Assembly: GCA_048772705.1 (NCBI GenBank)
Contig: JBLWGC010000143.1
Location: forward strand, 103,969-167,968
Reading direction: 5' to 3'
Source of the DNA: Leidyana gryllorum EB-2025a
Lineage: Eukaryota; Protista; Apicomplexa
Length of the DNA: 64,000 nt
How positions within the stretch are numbered: the first letter of the stretch is position 1; every line of letters starts with the position of its first letter. The position numbers and the translations under genes were made by a program. This document shows positions 1-10,560 of the stretch, in pieces. Below the pieces are notes generated by a model, which saw only the letters and a program-made list of their open reading frames with translations, was not told the origin of the DNA and made no database searches.

Positions 1-2
1 AG

Positions 3-2335
3 CGGCTCGCCAGCGACATTATTTCTGATCGGGAGACTCCGAGTCCGCCCCCGAAGCCACGACTGCTGAGAAATCCTTCGTCGAGCCCGAGCTTAGTGGT
101 TCTGAGTCCGCCGTCGGATAGTGAACGGCCGCGACCGAATGCTGATGAAGAGAGTCCCATGACGAACAACACGGTGGATCGGCCGAGGGCGTCATTAGAT
201 AGCGACCGTCGCTTGGGTGTCTCGCCAAGATTTGGACAATCAGAGAATTCCCCGAGGACGGAAGTGTCAATGGATTTGGCCCGCAGCGCGGAAGAACTCC
301 AGGAGAGCCGAGAGAGTCGAGAACTGTCAGACGGTCGGAACCGTCAGGCAAGTTTTGCATCATTCGCCCCCCGGGCAGCGATGAGGTCAGACGAGTATGA
401 ACCTCCCCGCCGGCGACGTTTCATGTCCGATTCGGACTCGGATTTCCAACCAGCTGGTCGCAGAGCCCTCCACTCGCTGGACGACATTGAAGAGACGGCT
501 CCCCCAAGTGTGATGATTTCTCAGCCGGGTGAGGAGGGAATGACTCCCATTGAACAGATCACTCCCCGCAAGAACCAGTCGGTGACGTGGCGGCCTAAGG
601 TCGACATCTCGGAGTTTGTCGCGAGGAATACCGAATCTCGTTCCAGCACGCCTTCCCTCTCCGCGTCGAATGCCCAAAGCCAAGGGGCTCGACTGGGGGC
701 ACTTACCACCGAGAATGTACGGCGACACAGCCAGGATCCGGAGTCTCAGAGTGAGCAAGTGGTTCCCGAGGAGAAGTCCGAAGCGGAGTACAGTAAAGCT
801 TCAAAGAAGTCAAACAAGTCAGTGATGAGCTGGCTGGGATTGGGTGGCAAGAGCAAGAAGAACCGACGGAGCTCCACCGGGGATATACAAGTGGCCCAGG
901 AGAGTGTTGAGAGTCCTCCACAGCCACAGTCAGAAGGAGGAGGTTTCGATCGAAGCTCGTCTCCGTCGGAAAAGATGTTGAGGATGGGCCCAAGCAGCGA
1001 ACCATCAGTGATTGGAGAGGGCGAGGATGATGCTCTTCCACCTGAGGCTATGAAAGCGTCCACGGGTACCAAACGCGTTCCCTATGTGCCCAGACCGAGA
1101 CGGCCCAGCTCGAGTTGCCGCATTCTCTTCCAAGAAGACTTTGGTCCAGATGCAGTACCGTTACTGGCTGACTTGTTACCCCGATGGGAGATCACGTGTT
1201 TGCTGTCGCAAGAGGAGAGGCTCACATTGGAAAGACTCGCAGAAGTCCAGCACTACGCAGCAGACGAACTTGTGTACAAAACTGGAGAGCCGATGACCCA
1301 TTTGATCTGTGTTCAGAACGGCAGGTTACAGGGGCTCGAATGCGCTCTTGATTCGGTGAGTGTTCATGACGCCTATCGTCGCTGCTTTGGTATGAATGGA
1401 ACTTGTTGTGTTCAGGAGCTCGTGGATTCCAGCAGAGATGGTGGATCCGCGGAACAGGTGATGGAGGACTATCGTCCGGCGGACATGGTGTTCGACCGCG
1501 AGCTCGCAGAGTGGATCACTAAGCGCCCCGATGACGCGGCACCTCCGGAAGTACCGCTTGACGTCCGAGCTCACGAGGACAGTGTGGTGTGGCGCATTCC
1601 GGTGGAAGGAATCCGCAACGCTGTCGAAAGGAGCCGACGGAGAGTAGTGGTTCAGCTCGCGAAGCGACTGAGGAGCATTGGACCTCTGAAGAATCTGACA
1701 AGTGAAGAGCTTCTGGGAGTTGCCAACAGCTTGAGGCCCCGTTTGATGTGTCAGGCTGGAAGTTTGTTAGGTGGTGACAAAATATCAACCCGATCCTTCT
1801 GGTTAGTCTGGCAAGGGTGTATGGTGGCAACGGATCCGACAAATGAGCGGATGGAGCAATACCACCAGCATGATGTGTTCGGATTGGAGGCGTTTGTGGA
1901 GAATCAACCACCCGCGCAAGTTGATTTGTCTGCTCAAGAACATCCTACAATTGTGTTTAAAGTGACTGTGGAGGATGTTGAGAACGCCGCTCGCGAAAGT
2001 CTGGATACGATTTGTGCACGGTGAGCAGTGTCGGTGCTGAGACGCACAGTAAATGTTTCGTTCTCAGGTATCCTTCAAAAGAGTCCGATATACCGTCAAT
2101 GATGGCATCCATGGAATCGGTATCAGTTATCGGTGATGCATATAAACGTGATAGGAAGAGGAAGGGGTTGGCCGGTGTGTTAAGCAAGCCAGCCAAACTA
2201 CTGGGAATGAAATCGTCCAAACCAACCTCCAAGAGTGTGGTTGGATCTCGAAGTAAAGCGCCCCCACGGCGATCTTCGGGGAAGATTCGGGGATCAGATG
2301 ACGGATTGAGGGCCGTTACTGAGGAGAGTAATTGA
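3..2335 (+). CDS. Cyclic-nucleotide-binding (CAP/cNMP)-like domain protein with long disordered N-terminus, 5'-partial; exons <3-2020, 2068-2335
   Basis: The frame is open from base 3. Two cNMP-like segments: HYAADELVYKTGEPMTHLICVQNGRLQ and IGPLKNLTSEELLGVA...SFWLVWQG...DVFGLEAF. Intron 2021-2067 (gtgagc...ttctcag, 47 nt) joins ICAR/YPSKES in frame. Confidence 0.7.
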
Positions 2336-2379
2336 GCGTTTTTTGATGGGAAAGTTACGTCTTTTTATTTGAACATAAC

Positions 2380-3147
2380 ATGATCTTCACTACTCTGTCC
2401 TTTCTTCTACTCACACAATGTACAGGTGCCCAACTCAAGGTGGGCCGACCACAAGCCGTTGTAATGAGGTCGCCGAGGGCGCCTGCCATACCCACTGAAC
2501 TCATCGTACAGCCCACCTTTGATGGATGTGCGGCGAACATGGATGAATGCTCACGTGTGAATAATTTGCCATCTTTGATTGAATGCCGCGATGCAGTTGA
2601 GCAAGTAGCTGGTTGTGACTTTACCATCAAGTCTCTGCGTGCATTTATCCCACCCACCAAGCAGTATCAGTGCCATTCTCGCTATGTATGGGGAATAGAC
2701 CTCTCCTCACTCAGTGGATACTCACTGGTCAATAATGCTCGTGTCCGTGGTTTATGGGAGCCTGACTGTCAGGAACCTATCTTTGCATTCTCAGCTCGAA
2801 CGCTAAACTGCAGATTGCATGGCGAGACTTTGACACCCTCTTCCATTTCAAAAAGTAGCGAGAAGGGAGATCTTATCATAGAATTTAACGGATTAGATGT
2901 TTCGAATACCACAACATTACTGTTCACACGACCTTCCTGTGCCTTGGACGACAAAGCGCTGAGCCAAGTGGTGCTGAGTCTATCACTCGCAACCACCCCC
3001 CAGAACGAAGGAGCCCCCTATGAAACAATGCTACTCCGGGACGAAATTGACTTTGCTGAAGTGTCGGAAGGAATCAACGCGGCCTTCCTGACCTCCGTAT
3101 CTAGTGGCATCATCAGTGCTGCAATATATGGTGCACTCTCCTACTAA
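2380..3147 (+). CDS. Hypothetical secreted, possibly GPI-anchored surface protein
   Basis: 255 aa ORF. Signal-peptide-like MIFTTLSFLLLTQCTGA, several Cys, and a hydrophobic C-terminus SVSSGIISAAIYGALSY. Confidence 0.65.
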   Translation: MIFTTLSFLLLTQCTGAQLKVGRPQAVVMRSPRAPAIPTELIVQPTFDGCAANMDECSRVNNLPSLIECRDAVEQVAGCDFTIKSLRAFIPPTKQYQCHSRYVWGIDLSSLSGYSLVNNARVRGLWEPDCQEPIFAFSARTLNCRLHGETLTPSSISKSSEKGDLIIEFNGLDVSNTTTLLFTRPSCALDDKALSQVVLSLSLATTPQNEGAPYETMLLRDEIDFAEVSEGINAAFLTSVSSGIISAAIYGALSY

Positions 3148-3201
3148 CGAAAAACCAACCCCCCACACTGTTTGTGCTCATAGCAAAGAGCGCACCCTAA
3201 G

Positions 3202-3471
3202 ATGCCGGAACCACGAGCGGCACGCGATATGGAACCAGGTGATCGACAGACACTGCAGGATCTGTGTCAGCCACTCGGCGTTATTTTGCGGGACCGGCCG
3301 TTGCTGAAACGGTTCGGACAAGCTATGATTATCGGAGGCCTGACAACTTATGTCCCAGGGCTCGTGTTGCTACCCTCAAAGCGAGCCAGACACGGCGCCT
3401 TCATGTTTGGGGCGGGGGTAGGTTTCGGATGGACTCTTCGAAACCTTACGTTCGTTGCCGAAGACGTTTGA
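3202..3471 (+). CDS. MICOS subunit Mic10-like small membrane protein
   Basis: 80-89 aa. Two hydrophobic segments joined by a basic loop (SKRAR); the second carries the GxGxG motif FGAGVGFG typical of Mic10. Confidence 0.55.
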   Translation: MPEPRAARDMEPGDRQTLQDLCQPLGVILRDRPLLKRFGQAMIIGGLTTYVPGLVLLPSKRARHGAFMFGAGVGFGWTLRNLTFVAEDV

Positions 3472-3570
3472 ATTCGATGCTGAAGGCATGATCTGTAGGT
3501 GCGTGCGATTGTGTTCGATCGAACTTTTTTGGCATTCTGCGTTTGTCCACGAATTGGCAAAGATTCATTT

Positions 3571-4205
3571 ATGAAGGTTGTTGAAACACTGAAGTAAGCA
3601 ATTCCAACCTATACCGATCAGTCTCAACGTAGCAAGATAGCGCAGGCAGAGATTGCCGCAGAGCTGGAAGAAGTTACCAGAGCTACACATCTTGCGTCCA
3701 TCAAAGATTATGAGCACCTTATCAAAAACACGGAAGTACATCTTCGGCACCTCTTAGACCAAAACAAAGCTCACCACGACAATTGGGAGAGACACAGAGC
3801 GAACATCAACTCCCTCAAAGTCCATATTGATGCACAGAGGGCCGATCGACAACGTTGTGAGCGTGAGATTCTCCATCTTAAGGGTCAACAGGACTTTCTG
3901 ACTGTCAAACCTGTAAGTGGCTGCGACTCATCTGCGCTTACATGAAACACAGCGGATTCTACCCAATTATCACGAAAAGCTCGCATATTTGCGTGTCGAT
4001 CCGGAGCACGTGTCTGCACAGGTACGGTTCTTCCCCTCGAGAAATATAGTTCGCTTTTCAGATTTCGGAGTTGATCCAGCAGTCAATTGCCGCCAAGCGC
4101 CGAATTCGTCCTGAAGAGTTGGGGCGCTCAGCAACCAAGAAATACCATGGGGAAGCGGGTGACGAAAATAAAAGAGGAGAAACCGCCTGTGAGAGTACAA
4201 ATTAG
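3571..4205 (+). CDS. Hypothetical coiled-coil protein, 4 exons (3571-3593, 3633-3912, 3953-4021, 4062-4205); not in ORF track
   Basis: GT-AG introns 3594-3632, 3913-3952 and 4022-4061 (39, 40, 40 nt) splice to a continuous frame MKVVETLNKIAQAEIAAELEEV...ETACESTN*. Confidence 0.7.
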
Positions 4206-4206
4206 G

Positions 4207-5196
4207 ATGACATTCAAGTCTTCCTCGCCTTTGAGCCCAAGCGAAGTTCAACCTCGTTCAAGATGCGATACGGTCAAAGCCACCACCCGTGTCAAGCGGC
4301 AGGCCGTTACAGAAACCAAGGACACTGGGGATAAAGGAGTTCGTGCTGGCAGAAGTGCTAAAGCTGGGGCAGAGGCTGCATTGAAACATGAGGTTGTCAA
4401 AGTGAATGGTAGAGGTTCAACGAGTAAAACTGCCCCCCCGGTGGCAGTCTCAAAGGACGTGAGACGTGAGGCTCAGGCGACTAAGGGAGGAGGAAAGCAA
4501 CACGAATCACTTCCTGTAAAGAAGCCAGAGAGCAGTAATCAGGGTGCGGAGAAGGCGACGAAGGAACGAAGAACTTCGAAGAAGTCCGAGAAGAAGAAGA
4601 AAGCCTCGAAGACTCGTAAGCGTACACGCAAGAAGCTGAGTGAGGCGACACGGGACCAACTGCGAGAACGATTGGCAGCCCCATTGCCAATAAGTGAACC
4701 TTTGAGTGCGTTACTGGGCGGCATGGCGGAATGCTCACGTTCCGCTGCGACTAAAGGCGTCTGGGACTACATAAAAGCACATCAGCTGCAGAGTCCTGAT
4801 GATGGGCGAATGGTCCGGTGCGATACTAAGCTCAAGCAAGTGTTTGGTGACGAGGCGTACGTACATATGTTAGAAATCCCCAAACTTCTCAACCGGTGCT
4901 TTGTGGCCAAGAAGGAACCGTTGAACGAAGTTAAGGTGAAGACTGGCGATCAGGGTTTGGTTGAGATCCAGAATCCGGACAGTCCGAACTTTGTTCCGTC
5001 AACGGCTGACTTTGAATCCGCAGTACAAGCCCAGAGAGCGAGTTGTCAGCGGCAACGTGTCGCTGACTATCCAACGGCGAAAGTTCACGACACAGTCCCA
5101 AGGATTCGCAGCCTCTCAGGCGGACTTCTCGCTTCTCCGAACCATTGTCGTAGTACTCGGGAGGCTCCCAAAGTGATCGAGCTCGACAGCGATTGA
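4207..5196 (+). CDS. SWIB/MDM2-domain protein with Lys-rich N-terminus (start ATG 4207, or 4147)
   Basis: ISEPLSALLG...SRSAATKGVWDYIKAHQLQSPDDGRMVRCDTKLKQVFG...HMLEIPKLLNRCF matches the SWIB consensus. Confidence 0.85.
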   Translation: MTFKSSSPLSPSEVQPRSRCDTVKATTRVKRQAVTETKDTGDKGVRAGRSAKAGAEAALKHEVVKVNGRGSTSKTAPPVAVSKDVRREAQATKGGGKQHESLPVKKPESSNQGAEKATKERRTSKKSEKKKKASKTRKRTRKKLSEATRDQLRERLAAPLPISEPLSALLGGMAECSRSAATKGVWDYIKAHQLQSPDDGRMVRCDTKLKQVFGDEAYVHMLEIPKLLNRCFVAKKEPLNEVKVKTGDQGLVEIQNPDSPNFVPSTADFESAVQAQRASCQRQRVADYPTAKVHDTVPRIRSLSGGLLASPNHCRSTREAPKVIELDSD

Positions 5197-5207
5197 AGTG
5201 TCTTGTG

Positions 5208-6797
5208 ATGTCAAGATTACTACTCGTATTCGCGATTACGCTTGCTCTCGGAAGCAGCGGGGATGTACGAGCGCCTGGGCGTTTACTGCAGTATCTGAGT
5301 CCCACGCCGATTCCTGAAGTTCCTCGTGATGAGGTCCCACGGCCGCCTGAACATCTGCATCCGACTAAATCCACTACTTTACCTCCGCGAGCGATGGATC
5401 CCATATTTCAGAATCACGATCTATTTAATTTCCGGCTGAATAGCACTATATTGCAGGGTTTGAACTTGACTGAGAAGGCGGGCAAGTTGGGTCAATTGTT
5501 CGAGGGTGCGGCCAGTGAGTGGGATCGCGCAGGACGGTACCGTTGGCCCATTCGACAAGTGATGAAGGCGTTGGCCAGAGAAGAGACTCTTCCCACCCTG
5601 TTTCCTGGACAGTCGATGCCTCTTCCGTCTATAAGAGATGACATCCTTTGTAACCCGGATGTGACGCCAGGAGGGTGCGCGTCGGCTGGTGATCTGGGAC
5701 GCGCCATTGGTGAACCGATCGCCCAATTGGTATCGCAGACCAACATGTTCCGATATCAACAGTATGCAGGAGACATTCTCCTAAGTTTGCACGTGAGTGA
5801 CGAACAATCAGACGAAAGATGACTGCTTGCGATCGCAGGATCGAGCCACTCGGGGGCTAACTGAGACGATGATCGATACGCTTGAGATGGAGCCCACAGT
5901 GCACACTGTTGAAGAAGTGCTCAAGGGTTTGAAGAAACCAGTCACGGTTCTACGGAAAGACAATCAGTATTGGGCCACATTCAAGAATGTCTCTGAAGGC
6001 CTCTTCTACGGCCCGGCTGACCGTATAGATCGCCCTGCAGAGGAAAGACAGAAAATGAAGGCGGTCAAGAAGAACATCCGACAGAAAGCCTTATGTGATG
6101 TCACTGGCGATCTGCTCGGTGGGTGCGACACCTTTAACAAGACAAACACTGACGATGACGCCGATGCGAGCAGAGTATTCAATCCCATTCCAGTGGGAGG
6201 AAAGCGGAACCCATTGGGTTTCTGGAGTAAGTAGCAGCCGGTTGGCGACTTGAATTCATTCATCTTTCCTCAACAGATCACGTCTATGTTTACGGCTTCG
6301 AATTGTCCTGTCGGGCGCATGGATCGTGCACTGCAGGAACATCCAACCTGCAGCCCGAATTGTTTGACGGAACGTATCAGTTTGATGGTGTGAACCCGGT
6401 CAACGGGTCTCCCGTGTATGTGAAGATCGATCCAGCGCCGATATTTACCAATTTTGGAACTGTCCGGAAGCTTTTCTTGTGGCAAGAACGCACTCCCATC
6501 GCCACAAACGATCAGGGGCCACAAGAAGGTCTGTGGGCGGCGATCACCCCACAGGTCCCTGGGTTTGATCACACTTTCTATGGCAGTAGAGCTCCTTATG
6601 CTTTCTACAGTGGTGTCGACACGCCGTCCAAGTGTCTAAAACCTGAGGATTTCCCGACTTGCGTAAGCAATGATCAGGGCGCGTGGCGATTCGCACGGAT
6701 GACGGCCTCTACCTGCACTGGAGTGACTTATACCAATTTATGTGTGTTCCCATCAAAAGTTATGATATTCCCGACCAAACATCGCGAAGTCATTTAG
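5208..6797 (+). CDS. Hypothetical secreted protein, 3 exons (5208-5792, 5839-6226, 6277-6797)
   Basis: Signal peptide MSRLLLVFAITLALGSSG. Introns 5793-5838 (46 nt) and 6227-6276 (50 nt) join three ORF-track ORFs in frame. Cys-containing C-terminal domain. Confidence 0.7.
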
Positions 6798-6853
6798 AAA
6801 CACTGGTGTGTATATCTATATATGTATATAGAGGGAAATGATTCAGCTATGCA

Positions 6854-7729
6854 TCACGTGAACCTTAAATTCGTGCTGAATAGCGGTTGTAACATCTCTG
6901 CTAAACCGCTACCGGCGGTACCGGCAATATTCAGGGCTGTACGGAATACAGCCAAGTTACTGACTTTGGCCCGTAATTCTTGATCGTTGCTTTCAATTAA
7001 ATGGTCCCACATGACTTTCTTTTGGTGCTTCCGCAATTCATCTACAGCGGTCGTTCTGTCCACAATAGTTTGGGGGAAGTGATGGACTGCGACCCCGTGA
7101 GGATTCGCCAGCCCTCCCTGTTGATGGACTATGACAGTATTCGGCGGCCGAGGTGACGCCGAACCTATCACCTGTACCGCCGAACCAGGTACTGCCGCTG
7201 CAGGGTGAGCGGGAGCTCCAGCGATTGTATGTACTGCCGCTGCAGGGTGAGCGGGAGCTCCAGCGATTGTATGTACTGCCGCTGCAGGGGCAATAGGAGG
7301 GGCTGCGAGCGAAGCCGGGTACATTTGCTGTAGCGCGACGAGAGCCTGATGACCGCCCATCTGCCCCCCACGTGATTGGAAGCATTTATTCAATAAACAG
7401 TCGAACTCGTGTTGCTGTAGATTCATATCTTTGAGATCGTTGGCGAACTTCTTGATACGCTCAGCCGTCTTTACCTCCTGATAGAGATTCATATGTGCAG
7501 CAGCGGCTTTCAACTGGTCCTGCTGTACTGGAGGGTTGGCGGGGGCGGGGGCAGGGACCGGGACAGGAACCTGTGATTGTCGAGGGGAAGCGACGGAGCT
7601 GGAATAAGAGTTCAGGAAGGATGAGGTGGTCGAGCTTGAGTTCAGGGAGGATGCAATCAGCACCATATGGGCCAGATCTGTCTTGGGGGACCGATCTGGC
7701 TGTCCTCCTCCCAAGTGGATTGGGATCAT
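6854..7729 (-). CDS. Ser/Ala/Pro-rich protein of unknown family (paralog A)
   Basis: Intronless ORF; likely start MIPIHLGGG at 7729. Shares collinear motifs with 8537-9514. Confidence 0.7.
   Translation of the reverse strand: MIPIHLGGGQPDRSPKTDLAHMVLIASSLNSSSTTSSFLNSYSSSVASPRQSQVPVPVPAPAPANPPVQQDQLKAAAAHMNLYQEVKTAERIKKFANDLKDMNLQQHEFDCLLNKCFQSRGGQMGGHQALVALQQMYPASLAAPPIAPAAAVHTIAGAPAHPAAAVHTIAGAPAHPAAAVPGSAVQVIGSASPRPPNTVIVHQQGGLANPHGVAVHHFPQTIVDRTTAVDELRKHQKKVMWDHLIESNDQELRAKVSNLAVFRTALNIAGTAGSGLAEMLQPLFSTNLRFT
7189..7289. repeat. 42-nt coding tandem repeat (~2.4 copies) encoding PAAAVHTIAGAPAH
   Basis: gtactgccgctgcagggtgagcgggagctccagcgattgtat at 7189 and 7231; partial third copy at 7273. 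Confidence 0.95.
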
Positions 7730-7760
7730 ATTGTTTTTTTTTTGCAACTTGGCGCGCATA

Positions 7761-8496
7761 ATGGCGGCCAGAGAAGAAGATGAGTATGTTGTTCTCCACG
7801 GGTACAAAATAAGACGTCGTCGAGAACGCAGCCACACAGACGAGCTCGCTGACGGGCTCCAACCGGACGTTCAAGCCGCCTCCAAAGAGTGTGGTGGTGA
7901 TACTACTGCCGTTGAGGGGGATGTCACGGAATGCCTTCAGTTGACGCAGTGGGAGTATCACGATCATACGGCCGACATCCGGCTGCTGAGCATTGGTTCT
8001 TCCTTCCCAACGGCCCTTATCAGTTTGGGGCTGGGGATGTTCAATTATATGACCGACATCACTTTGGTGGAGCCAAAGGAACGTCGGGAGATCACTGCGA
8101 CCGCCGATAGTATTGATATGTTGGTGTGGCACTTCCTCGATGAGTTGTTATATTTGTATGGGAGCGAGTACTTTATCGCGACTAAATTGGGTATCAAACG
8201 TCTTTATCGCCGGCCGACCGCGAATGATCAATTGGCTATCGATCTTGACGTCCCGGTGGAGAACAATTCGCAAGCCGACGGCGACAACGCCTATAGGCTC
8301 GTTGTCACTGCGCTGGGGGAAAAGTTCGATCGTGAACGCCACTCACAGGGTGAGGTGCTTCTTTGTGGTCGCCGTTGCCGCCAATGAGCAATTTTCATTC
8401 TTAGGAACGGAAATTAAAGCTATCACTATGCACGACATGTTGATCACAAAGCGTGATGATGGGTCTATATCTTTAGAAGTACTGTTGGACATCTAA
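7761..8496 (+). CDS. ZBTB8OS: Archease (RtcB tRNA ligase cofactor); exons 7761-8349, 8405-8496
   Basis: WEYHDHTADI, LGMFNYMTD, FLDELLY and GEKFDRERHSQG/TEIKAITMH...VLLDI motifs. Intron 8350-8404 (55 nt). Confidence 0.92.
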
Positions 8497-8536
8497 TATT
8501 GTGGTGAGAAGAAAAAAATCATTGAAGTGATAATTC

Positions 8537-9514
8537 TCAAGCAGTCGGTGCAGTCAACTTGTCGGCACTGTCCAGAGATTCCTTGAGGTCGTTCAAGAAC
8601 AGCCGGTCACCTGGTAAACGCGATCCGGCAAACCATGTCTCGTAGATACGTCGAGCTGTCTGAGCCTTCATATCGTAAAGCTTGCTAAGGTGCTGCTGAT
8701 TTTGTGCCTCGAAGAAGGCTCGCAACGTATCCATATCGGCTGTGCTTGGCTGTTCCATTGTCTGAGGCACCAGAATAAGGGGACTGGCTCCCACCAATGT
8801 GGTAGCCGTACCGACCGGGACAGCTGCCGTGGTGGCAGCGACAGCCGCCGCAGCCGGTGCTGCAGCAGGTTGCACAAGCATTTGTCCAACCAGTTCTGCG
8901 GCTGCGGTAGGCGAAGGTGTGGGAGGTACCGTGACGACCCGAGCGTTTGCGGGAACAGCGGGGTTGAGCATCGCGGTAGGCGCAACCTGGGCAGCTCCAG
9001 GTGCAGGAGCTGCAGCAGGCGGAGCCGCCAGAGCGAGGTGGGCAGCTGGTGCGAATCCCCAGGCGGCCATGGGCGCCGTGGCACCAAACATGGCTGGTGA
9101 ACGCGTCATCGAAAAGTTGTTCTTCGGGCGTCCCAACAGATTCTTCAACATTGTTCTCTTTCGGCACTGCTCTTCCAAGTCTTTAGCAAACTGGGCAAAC
9201 TCTTGTGCTCTTTGCTTATGTCCGAAAAGTGATGTCGCTACGGCTGTTTGACAGAGTTGTGAGCGAGTGACCGTTGTCGGGGGAGGTAAGGTGTACAGTG
9301 CGGGGCCGTTCATGGCCTTCTCTGAATAGTGGACAGACATACTGGATCCCGACCCAGAAGACGACGACGAGCCACTGGCACTTCCTGAGCTTCCCGCTGA
9401 TCCAGAACTGGCGGAAGTGGAAGATAGCGAGTTACCAGCGACGAGAACATGAAGCAACTCTGCTCCTTGGAAAGACTTATCTTCCTTGACGCTGACACGG
9501 GGAATGACAGTCAT
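8537..9514 (-). CDS. Ser/Ala/Pro-rich protein of unknown family (paralog B)
   Basis: 325 aa intronless ORF, collinear with 6854-7729. Confidence 0.75.
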   Translation of the reverse strand: MTVIPRVSVKEDKSFQGAELLHVLVAGNSLSSTSASSGSAGSSGSASGSSSSSGSGSSMSVHYSEKAMNGPALYTLPPPTTVTRSQLCQTAVATSLFGHKQRAQEFAQFAKDLEEQCRKRTMLKNLLGRPKNNFSMTRSPAMFGATAPMAAWGFAPAAHLALAAPPAAAPAPGAAQVAPTAMLNPAVPANARVVTVPPTPSPTAAAELVGQMLVQPAAAPAAAAVAATTAAVPVGTATTLVGASPLILVPQTMEQPSTADMDTLRAFFEAQNQQHLSKLYDMKAQTARRIYETWFAGSRLPGDRLFLNDLKESLDSADKLTAPTA

Positions 9515-9608
9515 GCCGACAAAATAGATCGATCCTTTTTAAAAAAAAAGTATGCTACTAGATATCGATCTCGGACGACATAGTATTTTTTTGTTCTGAT
9601 ACTTCGCA

Positions 9609-10560
9609 ATGGATCGGCTGCCTGTGGTTATTTTGGCTCGGGTGTGCTCATATCTGAGACTCCCTGATTTGAAAAGTTTGTCTCTCTTGAACACTAGATT
9701 TCATCGCCTTTTTGAGGTACAGCAAGATATATGGAACTGCTTATTACGCGAAAGATACCACTACGTTGTGAATGAGGAGAGCCATACGCCATTTCTTGCC
9801 CGAACCACTTTCCGTAAATTTGATGAAGGTCTCCGGTTCCGAGCTAATTTCGTAAGCGCCCATCTCTCTTTCCAACGAGACCGAGCGCTACTCTCAGGAC
9901 GGAGCGCACACCGACAATGTCACTTACTGGGAACGCGATAGTCCGTGCCCAGAAAGTCGCTATGGGAAAGTGATGATGCTCAAATACGTGTGGTGGCTTG
10001 AGGGAGCCATCCGGATTCGCAACATCCCCCCAGGACGTTATGCTGTTATATGGAGAGTGCAGATGCCCGATTCCTGGAGCTGCGACCCCGCTATCACGAT
10101 GTTCCATACCGTCTTCCCCCTACGCTCTGCAACCGCGCTGGGGTTAACGGACACACGAGAGGTCGTCGACAAACGAGGAGGAGATGGATGGATACAGAAG
10201 GTCGTAGGGCGCCCAACAGAGGATGAGCTGGTTGAGACCCCTCGATACTGTCATCGCTTTTACAAAGGAGACTGCAGTGTTTGGCATATCCCCAACTGGA
10301 GTTATCTCGTCTTCCCTGCCTCTTTGCACATATCCGAGATGTCTGATATCTATTTGGGAACCTATGATGTCAGCGGCAACAGCCATCAATCCACCGCGTA
10401 CGACTGGGTGCAGTTGTTACCCCTGAAGCGCGACGACCCAAATCCCATTCATTCAGAGGCATTCCGACGCTTCATCAAGGAGGAGGAGGCTTTTTGTGCT
10501 GCCCACCCACCACCGGAAGGGGCAACAAGAGAAGGTGGTCACAGGGGGAGACGATTCTGA
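9609..10560 (+). CDS. F-box protein with PP2/Nictaba-like C-terminal domain; exons 9609-9851, 9898-10560
   Basis: F-box MDRLPVVILARVCSYLRLPDLKSLSLLNTRF. After intron 9852-9897 (46 nt): DNVTYW...ESRYGKVMMLKYVWWLEG...IPPGRYAVIWRV, the PP2 pattern (YW...SRF..V..L..V.WL). Confidence 0.75.

Noticed and set aside
7189-7289. CRISPR-like repeat
   Set aside because: Contiguous in-frame coding repeat with no spacers, in a eukaryotic context, with no cas genes.
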